A stretch of 63,063 bases of DNA, filler included, from Rhabdomonas costata (lineage: Eukaryota): the NCBI GenBank assembly GCA_019059605.1. It is 36 parts of 36 records of this genome, joined end to end, with 100 filler letters (N's around TTAATTAATTAA, not from the genome) between each part and the next. Parts side by side here need not be neighbours in the genome. Positions count along the whole stretch, not along the records: positions 38,618 to 40,273 come from JAHMHO010011220.1; positions 40,374 to 42,027 come from JAHMHO010011221.1; positions 42,128 to 43,781 come from JAHMHO010011222.1; positions 43,882 to 45,535 come from JAHMHO010011223.1; positions 45,636 to 47,289 come from JAHMHO010011224.1; positions 47,390 to 49,042 come from JAHMHO010011225.1; positions 49,143 to 50,796 come from JAHMHO010011226.1; positions 50,897 to 52,547 come from JAHMHO010011227.1; 28 more parts are not named here. The stretch is one strand, 5' to 3'. A program made the translations under genes and the position numbers. Below the pieces are notes generated by a model, which was given only the letters and a program-made list of their open reading frames with translations, did not search any database and was not told where the DNA came from. Below, in pieces: positions 38,518 through 51,959 of the stretch. Each line of letters opens with the position of its first letter. Positions within the stretch are counted from its first letter, which is position 1.

Positions 38518-38748
38518 NNNNNNNNNNNNNNNNNNNNNNNNNNNNNNNNNNNNNNNNNNNNTTAATTAATTAANNNNNNNNNNNNNNNNNNNNNNNNNNN
38601 NNNNNNNNNNNNNNNNNGGGGTTGGTTTGGAATCAAACGGGTCATATGATGCGCAGTGAGCTGCTTCTGGGGACCGCTATTCGTCATCTTATTTCTGCCT
38701 CAATTCATCTGTTTGGGCGAGAGAGAGCGAAAGGAGCTCATACTCAGC

Positions 38749-40178
38749 CTGGGTCGTAGTTCTGGAGAAGCGGCTGTTCTGCGAGCTGTCATCCACGGCT
38801 GGCGGGGCGATCACTTCGTCGCAGGCGCGCTGCAGGTGGAGCCGGTGCAGCAACTTCGTCATCACCTCTTCCGTGAGAATACCCTCCAAAACTGGTGGGA
38901 TCTACAGACCACCATATTAACACCCACCAAATGAATGGGGGCAAAGACATCAATAGCACAATATTGTAATGTCGAGCGTAACACAGCGCAGTTATTGGGG
39001 CAGAGTGGATTTTTTGTCACGCCATTTCACCGATACAGGTCGACCAAGTCTCGACGCACATGGCAGGAACAATCAAAAAAAGGTGCACAGCAGGGAAAAA
39101 ACTTGCTTGGATGACATGAAAGCTTGCCCCGTGATTTTAGATGGGAAGGTACAAAGCCCGTTACGACCGTCCTGTGCCGTTAAAACTAAATATTACAATC
39201 CACAAATATTCATTAAACAAACATTCCATAACTGAACATGAATTAAAAAATGCACATCCAGATGTCTCCAGATGTCCGCAAAGTAGCGAGTCAACTCATT
39301 TTGAATCTGGACTCACTCCAACTACGAAGCACAAATCTCCGACAGATTTCCAAAGGATCAAACTTACCTTCTGTGCTTCGACTTCGCTCTCGTACTGAAT
39401 TGTACTGAATTATTGAATGGTGGAAAGGGGTGTACCAGCAATTCCAAGACGCCTGCATTTATTTGGGTTCGATGGAATCATACTTGATACCTGATTTCGG
39501 ACCGAAAGGCAGCACAGGCCGTGTTGCCATTTATCGATCCAACAGACGCCACACCTACTCTGAGCTATTCAAAGATGCAGCTGATGCACTGGGGCTCGGG
39601 AACAAATTCCTCAATCTCGGACCTTCATCCCTTTTGACAAATCCACCTAACCAACAGAACCTCCAGGTAGTAGTCCGTGTGAATGGTCTGCACGAAGTAG
39701 CTGTACATCTCGTACATTAGCTCGGAGATATAGTCCTGCACCTCGGCGCACAGTGCCACCGCTCTCTCCGGAATGCTCTCGGGGGCCCCAGCAGTGGGGG
39801 ACAGCTCTTCACTTTGGGCTGTCGCCGGAGTATGAGGCGACTCCACCTGGGAAGTGTGATGGAAAAATACAAGGGGGTCAAGGGACGAATGTACGAGTTT
39901 GCTTCTCCACCGACAATATCGCCATTGCATCGCTTTCTATGCGTATACTTGATGATGGGTAATCGCTGGTATGGATACTGCTAGGCACCGAAACCGGCTC
40001 GAAGCCATAGTCAAGGTCTAACACGCTGGTTTCGAGGTGTTAGGCTGAAGGCAACTCTGGCCCCACCCCTACCAGGACTGCCCTGTGAAACATGGGGGCC
40101 AGCAGGTGCCTGGATGGGGATGTAAGTTGCCTGAAGACTGACCGGAGTCTTGAGCAGTCGCAAAACTTGAGACGAAAG
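38749..40178 (-). CDS. Hypothetical protein, 4 exons including a 27-nt microexon
   Basis: Exons 40178-40073, 39846-39661, 39394-39368 (YESEVEAQK, GTAAGT donor) and 38901 to about 38749 join in phase 0. Confidence 0.6.
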
Positions 40179-40185
40179 CTGAAAA

Positions 40186-40256
40186 AACACGCACGCACGC
40201 ACACGCACACGCACACGCACACGCACACGCACACGCACACGCACACGCACACGCAC
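40186..40256. repeat. (GCACAC)n hexanucleotide microsatellite
   Basis: Directly visible tandem array. (AC)/(TG)n tracts also occur near 25537, 29304, 29688, 48104 and 61561. Confidence 0.97.
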
Positions 40257-43200
40257 AACAAGAAAAAAAACACNNNNNNNNNNNNNNNNNNNNNNNNNNN
40301 NNNNNNNNNNNNNNNNNTTAATTAATTAANNNNNNNNNNNNNNNNNNNNNNNNNNNNNNNNNNNNNNNNNNNNGGTTTTTATGCCTCTAATGCAAGCTCG
40401 GCTGCAAGGATGGACACATTACATCGTCAGCTAATTCCCCGCTGAAATTAAATGATGAAATCCAAAGAAGGCAACGTGAGACATTGATGCATTCAAAGCT
40501 TGGTGTACGCTGTATTTAGACCCCATTTAGCATCGAAATAAGCACCCCTTATTTCTCAACGGGATTCTGCACTAACAACTGCTGGGCAAGACGCGCTCGC
40601 AAGCCGCCCTCAAGGAGCACTACAAACAGAAAAATTCTCTCACCCCTCTTCTTTTCGTTAAAAAAAAGCCACGCAGAGCCTCGGCCTCAGCCCCTCAGCT
40701 TGGTGAGGCCGGCTGAGTTAGGTCAGGGCCAAGAGGGGAGCCCAATGGGGACTTTCCTGTATCCCCGAATAGGCTGGTGCGGCGAATACCTGGGGAGCTG
40801 AGCGGGGAGATCACAGTGGAGGGCTTCCGCCCCTGTTGCGGACAACCCCCCCCCACACACACAAAACCATGCGATGTATTTCCATATCCACGCGAATCAA
40901 AGACAGAAATCTGCAACAAAAAAGATTTAGCAAGGGAAATTGGGAGCTGGAGCCCCATTGGGTTTCCGGCCCGCCGAGGTCCGGTCCGGTTTGGGGTCCG
41001 GTTTTCTGCTCAGGAATGCAAAAGTGCAAGCTGTATCGTATGAGAATGTTACTATATGCTACACGGAACCGTGGCATATAGTGATTTGTAACATCCTGTC
41101 CAATCCCATGCACTGATGTGCAGTTCTGAGCGACCACCCAGTGCGGCAGGAACGTGGATTGTTGCAATTGAATTTCTCAACCAGATACCACACGTGGGTT
41201 GACAGCCAGGTCAGGCAGGTACTGAACCTTAAGATTCAGTGAAATCAGACACACAAGAAAACGACTCAACAACATCACATAAACCAGGTAATGAGAAAGG
41301 GAGGGAACACACCAGGGCGGAGAAGGAGGAGGTGAAGGATCGGCGGACCATCGACAACCCGGAAGCCTATGCAAAACCGGGCGAAAACAACGTTTCACTC
41401 AAGTGTTCCCAAAGGAAATCGTCGGAGCAAAGGTTGGCTGGAAAAATGCATTCCAAAACCAACAGCAACCCAGAACGGCGGTTCACAGAAGTACCCACCA
41501 AATAAAATATTGGCTCAACAATGACAGCGCACTCAGGCCGAACCTGCCCGAACCGTCTAAAGAACTCCGCCGCTATGGACTCCAACCGGTTCACAATGGT
41601 GCTTCCACGACCCTCGGCATCACCCTCACGTTCTGCTTTTTCCAGTTTTTGAATCCAGCAGATAAAATTGGTGTATGGGGCACGGGCACGCCGTATGGGC
41701 TGGCAGTCCAACCATCTTTGTGCCGACCCAGGGGATGGCTCCCGCATTGGCAGGCTTGTCGACGTACCCTGCGATCTTCCGGGAGACCTCAGGGGAGCAG
41801 GGGATGGCCTGCACCACAGCCCCGCAGATCAGCTCTAGGCCAGTGTTGCTGTGGTCAACCTGAAAATTCAAACCCGACCCAGCGACGGCGAGAAGCATCG
41901 TGCAAGAGAAGAAGGATATCCGAAGATCTGTAGACGGAATATGTGGACGACCAAGGGCGGACCGCATTCTGGCTAGCAGTCATCCGATTCCGAACGATGA
42001 AGGATTGACAGCGAGGTAACCACCCCCNNNNNNNNNNNNNNNNNNNNNNNNNNNNNNNNNNNNNNNNNNNNTTAATTAATTAANNNNNNNNNNNNNNNNN
42101 NNNNNNNNNNNNNNNNNNNNNNNNNNNTGTGTGTTTGGTGGGGTTGGGAGCGCCTCTTCCAGGGATGCAGAGGGTGAGCCCAACCGAAGTTGGGCTGAAG
42201 GGTCTCCTCCACCACAAAGTCAAACTCGCCCAGCCACCAGCCCACCAACTCACTCTGCTGTGAAGACAGCAGAAGGCAACTTCGGTAACTCAGAGCGAGA
42301 GGGTCTCAAAATGGCCGGACAAACGCAGCATCGTTTAAAGCCACTGCGCACAAAGCGGTCCAAGTGATGCGGTACAAACACAAAACGAAATCAATATGCT
42401 CCTTATTCGAAGCGCACCTCCGCGTAACCCCGGGGGTAAACTGGCCGAGAAGACAGCGTGCTTCTCATGAACACAGGATGCGGACACTGATACCACTGAA
42501 ACCACGACAATCGCGAAAAGGTCTATTGCTCAGTTGTAACCCAAACGCTTGTGTGCGGCTTGTGTGTAAAACCAATCACGTGGTCAGTTCACAAGCCCAC
42601 CGGTGGTGCGGCACACCCGGCACACCGGCCCATTGTGAACAACAAGCCAAGGAAAACGTGCACTGCACCCCCACCCACTCAGCCATGCAATCCACCGCCG
42701 GCTTCTCCAGGTTCCTGTTGGCGACTACTCAACAGATATGTCCGAATAAAAAATAGTCCAGAGGTGAGGAGTGACGGTCGGTCTACAACCATCATGTTTG
42801 GGCCCCTATTCAAAGTTAAAGCGCCGTATCGCAACCGAAGTCGAAGCAAATAACACCCAACCTGGGCAAACGCGAAGAGCGGTGACAACATACAGGTACA
42901 GAGAGTCACGCCTTCTCCTGGACCGCACACAGGCACAAGCAAATCGCACAATCTCACTCTCTTCAGAGCTTAATTCGCAGCAACATAAAGAGAGTGCTGT
43001 ACAACACAGCCCCGGCTGTACACCACACCACATTGGACAGAAAACACACAGATCAAACGTAACAGCAATCGGAATCCACAAGAAGAAACGGATGGTGAGC
43101 AAAGGGGCACACCACCGAACACCAGCTATACAGCCCCACACCCCCACGGAAAGGAGAGGGGGGAAGGGGAACAACTCGAGAAATGCCTGACGTCGCCCGG

Positions 43201-44287
43201 TTCCCTCACAAAGGAAGGAAATCATCTGTACTGCAGTCCAGGACTACAGCTACACAAGAAGAAGACGTAAGCATGCAGTGTGGGTTTAGTGAGCGGGAGG
43301 GGGGGAGGTTAGGTTTTCCATGGCTTGGGCAGCAGCAGGGGGTTCTGGTCCCCAAATATGTCCGGGATGTAGGGCATAGCGGCGACCAGAGGCTGTAACG
43401 CGGTAGAAGCCAGCCAATCCAGACACAGCCAATTGTTATAAATTGTTATAAATTTAGGAGGGTCACTGCGCAAATGCCGTGATTCACGATCATAAGAAGA
43501 GTAAAGATGGACTACATCTCCGGCCCAAAATCATGAGGAACAAATTTCTTGGGACAAAAGTAGACGCCTGAGGGCCTCCCCAGGAAGGCAAACCAGCGGG
43601 CCTCCCAAAACGCTGGCCCCTTATGCCTCAAAATGCTTGCCCCTTGGCGGCTCCTTTTTTCTTCACTTTTTACTTTTGTTCCGGTCTTGCACCACCGCAG
43701 TGGAGGGTTCCTTGACGCATTCCACAAAGTATATAAAACCGCCCCTCCCCCCCCCGCCAGAAGGGCGTTTTCTTCCCAAAGNNNNNNNNNNNNNNNNNNN
43801 NNNNNNNNNNNNNNNNNNNNNNNNNTTAATTAATTAANNNNNNNNNNNNNNNNNNNNNNNNNNNNNNNNNNNNNNNNNNNNTTTTGTGGGTATTCCAGCC
43901 GATTGGGCCATCTTTGGGAGGATCACACTTCCAAGAATTCTGGCAGCGTCCCACTTCTGACCACATCTCTTTGTGTACCAGACCACTCGCTTGATCTCCA
44001 AGCCTCTGAAGGTCGCCTTCCAGGCATTCTTCTGTTTTGCCACGGGTGCTCGTGAGAAGTACTTTCGGCGCGAACGTCACCGTGGGATTACGGCTCAGAG
44101 CCCACCGTTCCACGTGCGTACTTACCTCCATTCTGTCCCCAACACTGTACTCCACCACCATTTTGTACACAAAATCGGAGAAGAGAACCCCAACCATAAT
44201 ATATCCCCAAGCTTTACACGCTTCAGGACTACAACACTTGTTCGAGGGGAGGCTTGAACTGAGCGAGCACACCGGGAAAGCTCGGAC

Positions 44288-45455
44288 CCAGCAATGCTCT
44301 TGAAGAGCTTGTACAGCCCCCTCCCACGAAATGGCAGGCGGCCGGTCAGCATCAGGAACAGAGTTACCCTGACACCACCCCGAATCCCGCAAGTCCGTTC
44401 AAGCGGAATAAGCCGGAAAAGGACACATCATCAACTCATGGTGACTTCGCTGGATTTCGCCCTATTTGCCTCGCCACTGACGCTGAGTTGGAAACATTTG
44501 ACGGACAAACGGCCACGAATGCGAAAAGGCAAGCGGGACACGCGGTCAGTGTGTTTCGAGCAGATGGTGCGAAAGTAGATGCGGGGTTTTTGCCTAGGCA
44601 CTTTAGCAGTACTGTGCTCTTCTGCAACAGCCAGAGAAGGTCGTGCTCAATCTCTCGGCCTAGGTTTCCGGGTTTCCGGGCGGTAGCCGGTAGCCGGTAG
44701 ACAAGTGACATTGGTCAATACCGAGGCAGCGCCGCAGTCACAACCAATGCGGGCACCCTTCCGGGCCCAGGGCTTAGCGGCACGACACCCACGAGATATG
44801 AAAATGTTTGTTTGCTGCCCTCTCCGGCGTCACGTACTCGTGCTGGACCGCAGAAGGCGGATAAACACTGGTTTAGTGTGGGTTGCTGCTGTGTCCGCAG
44901 GTGTGAATGCGCGAGCATCGATCGCGAACTAAAAAAAATCACACCCGCAGCTCCAAACGTCCGACTTCGGGCCGTCAAAGTACTCCACGCCCTTTGCAAT
45001 TTCTGGGCATTGGAAGGCAGGCGTCCCCTGAGTGCGGTAGCACCTGCGGCTCTTTAGATACAAAGAGAGGACCTGTGCGCAAACAACACCAGAACACAAG
45101 TATAGAAAAGTTTTAACAGATCGTTGACACCTTCGGGATGATCATATGACACTCTCGTGGTGAAGCTACAAGCACGTGTTGATAGGGGCAAGCGCAAAGT
45201 GGAGAAGCTACATTTTTGTATGCTTGGTCCCTCGGACCACTGCCCACTTGTGCACGCAGGAGAATAAATGGAATGCAAAGACCAACATGAACAGGTGAAA
45301 AAGAAACACAGCATATGGATAATGCAGGGGGATAGAAAACCACACCTCGCAGGAGCCGAAATCGGCGAGCTTAATGCAGAAGTCCGGGGTGATCATGATG
45401 TTGGAGGGCTTGATATCCTTATGAATTATCCCTCGTGAGTGCAGCAGCTCCACCG
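44288..45455 (-). CDS. STK11: LKB1/STK11-like serine/threonine kinase fragment
   Basis: Exons 45455-45346, a possible microexon 45246-45224, 45043-44945 and 44368-44288 give [69 protein letters not shown], QGxPAFQxPEIAxG and YKLFxxI are LKB1 signatures. Confidence 0.85.
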
Positions 45456-46152
45456 CTGTGAAACAGAAGTAGCAGAGAATCGCGTGGATGGGGTGGGGGA
45501 GGAGGTGATTCCACATTTTTATGTTTAAACCCCCCNNNNNNNNNNNNNNNNNNNNNNNNNNNNNNNNNNNNNNNNNNNNTTAATTAATTAANNNNNNNNN
45601 NNNNNNNNNNNNNNNNNNNNNNNNNNNNNNNNNNNGGTGGGTTGGGGGGATCTTCCCATTCTCTGGCTGCATCTCCACGCGCAGATATCGCGCGTTGATC
45701 ATTCAATTAGGTTCATTTCGGGGCTTTTTAAGGACTTATTCGACTCGGCCGCATTTCCAAGAGCCTTGGTATGCCCTTTTTGGACCGGCGTGCGTACAGG
45801 CCTGCGTACTGAGCCTAAAGCCTTCGATCGGGCCATGGAGCACTTTGCGCTGGCACCGCATTGGGCCGGAATGCTTCGGCTTAAAGGTTACCTAGGCCAC
45901 TATTGTGGGCGTTGCTGGCCTGACGAAATGAGGATTCATGTTAATTGGCACACCGGCTACTCCCCATTTAGGGCAACGGCTGATTTTTTGTGTATGTGTG
46001 TGTCTCTCGGACATGAGCTTCATGTATGTCATTACCGTTATGCATATCTCGGCTGCGTGACTGCGTAAAGGATTCCCCGACTGAATCACCAGTTATCGAT
46101 ATGCCCCCCCCCACACACACACGCACAGAATGACACAGAGCAGTGCACACGC

Positions 46153-46770
46153 CTCGCTGAGGATGGCGGCGAGCAGGGAGCTCTTGCCCGAGCCCACCTT
46201 CCCCACCACCGCCACCAACTGGCCCATCCCCGCGCTCATCGAGAAGTGGAACCGCTGCTGCTCTGCCGGCGCCGCACCGCCACTCTAAACGCCCAGCCCA
46301 ATTACACGCCGTAGGAACGACAGAGACACCCACACGCTAGCCTCTCGCACAAAATCCCCCCAAATTTCTGGTACTAAACCGTAAAAACGTGCAGAATAGC
46401 CGAAATCCCTGCACCAAGGGACGCTTGCAACCTTTCTCCAATGCATGCCACAATGCTGGTACCAGTGCATAAGTCAATTTCGAGGTATTCCACGATTATT
46501 CAACAATACCAGTGGTAACGAAAAAAAAGTTGTGCCAGCATGCACGCCAAGAGCAGCCCGCACCTCCGAAGGCTGCGGAGCTTCGTCTGAGCGACCTCGT
46601 TTCTTGGGCCGTTTACCCGAGGCGGTGGCGGTGGTGGCGGTGACGTCAGTGCCGCCGTTGTTTGCGTCCTTCCGGCCGTCCGACCCCTTGGCACGCCTCT
46701 TGCCGCCCTTCTTTGGAAGCAAGCTGGGCACTGGAGCATCCCAGTGAAAGGTGCCGTTCTCGATCAATAC
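46153..46770 (-). CDS. ABCC/MRP transporter, start of NBD1
   Basis: Exons 46770-46564 and 46284-46153 give VLIENGTFHWD..GQLVAVVGKVGSGKSSLLAAILSE (Walker A). Confidence 0.9.
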
Positions 46771-48100
46771 CTGCAGCGAATGGATGAAAACACCAATCTG
46801 GATGTGTGCGAGCCTGTGTGTCTATGTGTGTATGGTTGCCCCGTGCCTGCCTCCATTCAGTCCTTCTCATTGCTCCCTTGCCGTGTGAAACCCCACCGCC
46901 CTGAGATGTATTCTGTGACCAGCCTCATTTCCGACAATAGAAAGACCGTACTGCGGTTGCATGCCGCCCTCGCAGGTAGGGAAAAGAGAGTGGAGAGTGG
47001 ACTGCACTACTGAATGGTGAGGAAAAAGTGGGCTTTGAAAGTAGATGCCATCCTTCTACATACGAAGCAATCGGACAAGTAAGTGCTCCCGCGAAAGTAA
47101 TCCCCTTCAAGCTAACAGTTGCTTGGATTCAGAGGAAGTCTGCAAGGAAGTGAGAAATATATATCAACCTGATCACCCGAGTCTACCCGACGACCCCAAC
47201 CGTAGCAAACCCAGGAATACCGTGAAGGGGAGGACCAAATCAAGCTGCAAAGCAATGCAAGCCTCGCTGGAACACACACACACACACACNNNNNNNNNNN
47301 NNNNNNNNNNNNNNNNNNNNNNNNNNNNNNNNNTTAATTAATTAANNNNNNNNNNNNNNNNNNNNNNNNNNNNNNNNNNNNNNNNNNNNGGGTTTGTGGG
47401 CAGTACCCGCACCGCGGTACTTAACAGTGAAAATATTGGCCTAAAGGCCGCACATTAAGGGGTCCTTTTTATGGATCCATCACGAAGCGAAGTCTGACAC
47501 AGCTTCCTGGAAGGACTGAGGCGTGGATGCTCCTGTGCTGTGCTGCGGGGGTGCAATTACGTTGCACGGGAAGGGGGCTCCATCCAGGTGGGCCCCATGA
47601 ACTAGCTCTGAGACGGAAAGACCCCCCTGAACCGAAGAAAAACGGAGGTGTCAGAAAAGGCGACGGACACCGCACCCAATAAAAAACTTGAGTGCCGCAA
47701 AACGTCGAATACTGTCTATGAGTGTTTCAGCATCCTCCACCCTCCAGCGGTGCAAAGCCGAAAAGTGAGCACACCCACGCAAGCACACATGGCACAGCAT
47801 CATCCGCTTGCCGAAACAGTTGGTATAAGGTGCCCCGAAACGGCTGAAGGCCGAACGGGCATCACTTTCTATCGGGGAAAGTGGAGGGAAAGGGAGGGAA
47901 GGGTGCGAAGGAAGGAGGACCACCATACAGAGGAGAAGTGAGAAGCAGCCCAGGGCCAGGGCGTGAGGGGAAGAGAGAGAGAGAGAGAGACGGTGTGCTA
48001 CAAAAACGGCATGCTATCGCCTCCCTGTTGCCGTCAGACAGCCAAAATCCCCCGTTGCTATCGCTGCCACCGGAATAAGCACTAACCCACCCACACCGTC

Positions 48101-48134
<34 letters not shown>

Positions 48135-48305
48135 CAATCTCTGGTTGGGGCCAGCGAATAAACGCACACACGCACACAAAAGGCAACGTAAAAAAAGATA
48201 ATGGTGGAGGGGCTTGCCCCGAAGAAGGTTTTTTGACTCTCTCGGCGCAAGGACAACCCCCCACAATAACGTTAGCAGGGCTGCGTGGGACCCCGCCTAC
48301 ACCGC

Positions 48306-49042
48306 TTACAGCGGCTGCTTATCCGGCAGGGCGTCCGCGCTGGCCAGGGAGGAGGTCGGCGAGCCGGCCCCGTAGTACGCCCGCTCCGAGGGCGTGAACC
48401 GCAGCCCAAAGATCGTCGTTACCTTGTTCTTGCGCTGCCGCGGGATGTAGCAGCACATCGGGAACCACATCGGCATCGGGGCCATGAAAGGCAGCAGAAT
48501 GCCGTAGGTCTCATGGATGAGCACCCCAAACGCGGCGTACCCCGCCAGGCACCCCGAAGTCACACTGTGCGGACAATAGCAGAGAGCACCCGAGATCGTC
48601 CCCCACGCCAAGCAGATGGAACAGAAGGGCCTCTTTTTGGACCCGCCACACCACGGTGACCACACCCCTCCGCGCCCTCCGTGTGACTGACTGGACAAGC
48701 GTCGTTCCCCCCTCTTCGCATACGTCCTTTTGTGCAAGGGGGGAAACACCCGATGGAGTAGGAGGTTCTATTTCCCCAGAATCCCACACAAAAAAAGAAC
48801 AAAAAAAAGGAAGCCGTCCGTTCTCACCATCCCCCCTGGCGCAAAGAGAAACACGCCATACAAGCTCCACAGGCCGGCGTAGGCGATGGTGACGGACCCT
48901 GTGCCCACCCCCGCACCGGTCAGGAACAGCGCCAGGGCGGCCGAGGTGAACAGGAAGATGGAGCCGACGTTGCGGCGTAGCGAGAGGAACAGGAAGCCGC
49001 ACGTCAGAAGGCCCCACCCACACAGTGTCGAGAACCCCACAA
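48306..49042 (-). CDS. GPR1/FUN34/YaaH (SatP/Ato) acetate transporter family, 3' part
   Basis: Exons 49042-48862 and 48564-48306 give WGLLTCGFLFLSLRRN..LFLTGAG..IAYAGLWSFVTSGCLAGYAAFGVLIHETYGILLP, the last three transmembrane helices of the family. Confidence 0.75.
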
Positions 49043-49444
49043 NNNNNNNNNNNNNNNNNNNNNNNNNNNNNNNNNNNNNNNNNNNNTTAATTAATTAANN
49101 NNNNNNNNNNNNNNNNNNNNNNNNNNNNNNNNNNNNNNNNNNGGGGTGTTTTTGACCTTGATTTTGGATGACGTTAAGGTTTTTGTGTCGAAGCAGCCAG
49201 CTGGCTTTTTCTCGGGAAGGGGGAGTTCCCTTTGCTTCCATTTCCATCCCTTCCTTTCCACATTTCTGTCCCCTTCTTTTTATGTGGAGGTCTCTCCTAA
49301 TATCGCGCATCAGGTAAGAACCCGGTCCATTCCATTTGTTTCAGTCCCTTGCTTTCCCCTGTGCATGTTCCTTGGTTTCCGTTTCAGGTTGTGTGCAGGA
49401 CTGTTGGAGTGTATTGGTTTGCTATGGGAATGGGGGGCTCTCAG

Positions 49445-50571
49445 GTGGCGCGGCTGACCCGAGAGGTCGAGACGCTTCGCCATGAGATCGATGCCAGCGC
49501 TAAGGAGAGCGAGTCGATCTTCGAGGAGATGTCCGGGGACTACGAGGCCGTTCTGGAAACTGTCAGCCTGGAGACCAAGGAGCGGCTCAAGCGGGAAGCC
49601 GAGGGCCGGGAGTCCGCCAAGACCCAAACCACGGTGTTCCGGAAGAAGTTTGAGGACCTCAAGGAGGAGATCAAGGCCCTCAAAGTGGTACATGCGAGAT
49701 TGCTCCCCACGCACATCGGCCCTTTGCCCCCTACCCTCTGCCGCAGCTAGCCTTCTGGGCCCACTCCGAAACTCTTTACTGCATATTACTGGCGAGCCGG
49801 GATCTTTGAAGGTGCTGTCACCAGGTGTATGATTCAGATTCGTCTCCCTGTATGATAGTGCTCCTCCAGTCACCTCACCTTCAGTTCCACACTGAACGTC
49901 AGTCTCGCCTTGTCCAGGACTCCTCAACTGAACCCGGAATGTGGCGGTCTCTAGACCTTGGGTCTGGCAACGGAAGCAGCATCACTCTCTGCACCCCCAT
50001 GTGCGCCCCTTTTTGAATTCTTCGGCCGCAGTCCTTCTCCCGTATCTCGTGACGTGGTTTCGTTTTTTTGCGTCTCAGACTTTAGTCCCCACAACATTGC
50101 CCCTGTCAGTCATTACACCTTCTGGTCAGTGCCAACCGAAGTTCTTCTCCGACACAGCCCAAGCTGGTAGGCCCAATCCCCCTAATAACCGCCGTCATTT
50201 TTCGCACCAATCTCTACACGAATACTGAGAAGCACTATAGCAAAGCCCGGTTGCGTGGACTCGCGCGCAAATGAGAGGTCCACGAATTTACCCACGACAC
50301 GAGAAATGTTTGCTGTTGCTACGGAGAGGGAGGTTTGATATTGCTGCTGTCTTTATGTGGCGGGGCCGATGGCCTATTGGCCTTTGCCGCCTCGTCAGGA
50401 AAAGGAGGACATAACGGGGAAGCTGCAGAAGCGAGAGAAGAAGATCGAGGACCACGAGCGCCAGACCCAGGCCCTGAAGCTGGAAATCAGTGTGCGTAAC
50501 GACACCATCACTACCAGTGAGAAGAAGATCCTGGAGCTCAAGAAGCAGACAGCGGAGCTAGAGAAGCTCAA
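49445..50571 (+). CDS. CFAP57: CFAP57/WDR65-like axonemal protein, coiled-coil region
   Basis: Exons 49445-49687 and 50399-50571; LKLEISVRNDTITTSEKKILELKKQTAELEKLK matches the family motif EIxERDxTIxDKEKRIYDLKKKNQELEKFK. Confidence 0.8.
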
Positions 50572-51237
50572 GTACATGGGGATGGAAGGGGGGAAGACTA
50601 GAAAGTTGTGAAGGGGAGTTGCCCTTTGGGTCTCGCAGGGTATGCAAAGGGCAATGCACTCCTAAGATGCTTCCCAGAACTGGCTCGCCTTTTGGGACTG
50701 TTTGCCCTTCTTGTCGCTTGTCATTTGAAGGATCTCTTTGTTTGAAGGACCTCATGTACTTTTTTGCTGTGTACACGCGATGAATAACCACCCACANNNN
50801 NNNNNNNNNNNNNNNNNNNNNNNNNNNNNNNNNNNNNNNNTTAATTAATTAANNNNNNNNNNNNNNNNNNNNNNNNNNNNNNNNNNNNNNNNNNNNGGGT
50901 GGGGGCAAAAACACCCCAAAATGGCCCTCAATGACCTCTAGGGTGGCTCCAAACTGAAGCATTCGGCCAACTCCGGTGCCAGCATGAAGTACTCCTGGGC
51001 TCTACCATTGGTGTGCTAAGCAGACCCGGCCGAAAGCTTAGCTTAGGCTCAGTTTGCAGGCCTGACAAGGTCTCTTGGCGGCTTTCCTTGACTGAAACTC
51101 TATTGCCAAAAGATGGCAACCAACCAACACACCGCAACCAGGAAAATAAACCACAACTCAGCGAGCGACAACCTGTTATAGGCATGAAGAGGACGTAAGG
51201 AAGTAGCCCACATGGTGGTGGTGGTGGAGTTCCTGCC

Positions 51238-51959
51238 GAGGGCGCGGGCGCAACGGCAATTTCTCGGGTAGGGTTCACAAAGTCGTAACACAACACGTCC
51301 AGCCCCGACAAAGTGCCCAGCTGGCAAGCATGCACCAGCGCCAACTTACGCTCGTAGTCCAAGACTTGCCTGACACGCACGAAGGTCTGCTCCACGGCAT
51401 TGGCCAGCACGTTAATGGTAATCCGGAGCGCTGCGTCGCAAAGATAGTCGGCAGGCATCTCCGACTCCCCCGGGTGCACGGAATCGCTACTGTGAGCACA
51501 GGAAATACCGCAGCGAGTGCTTCGGATGAATGCGGAAAAAAAAAGGCAAACAATATCCAAGAATCATCCGACAAAAATTTGACAAGAAACAAGCAAAGAA
51601 TTGCAGTTGCACTGAACCTGGACAGAACTGTCGTCCGAGGGTGGGCGGTTTCTTGGCAGCTTCCGCGAAAACGGGTCAGATCAGGACATATCGAGACAGG
51701 TAACATACGGCTTGGAGATGGCAAGGGCAAGCCGCAGCATCCACCGGTTGGCCTTGACCAGCAGCAGCAGCGAAGGCAAGAAACACTTCAGCAGCGCCGA
51801 GGCGTTGGCTCGCACCTCCGCCCCCGGGCGGCTCAGCACCCCGGAGGAGTGGATCATGTAAAGCGTGCTGTTCAGCGCGTCGTCTTCCCGCTCCATAATG
51901 GACTCCAGGAAGTTGGAGACGCTGCCATTCAGTGTGGCCCGCATTTGGGTGGCAACGTC
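51238..51959 (-). CDS. Hypothetical protein, at least 2 exons
   Basis: Exons 51959-51709 and 51489 to about 51238 join in phase 2 (..LALAISKP/SDSVHPGE..). Confidence 0.6.

Noticed and set aside
41367..41990. Overlapping ORFs, possibly a decayed retroelement
   Set aside because: No recognisable RT, endonuclease or transposase motif.
45915..45945. CTGACGA followed by a small hairpin, hammerhead-like
   Set aside because: Lacks the GAAA core and stems I and III.
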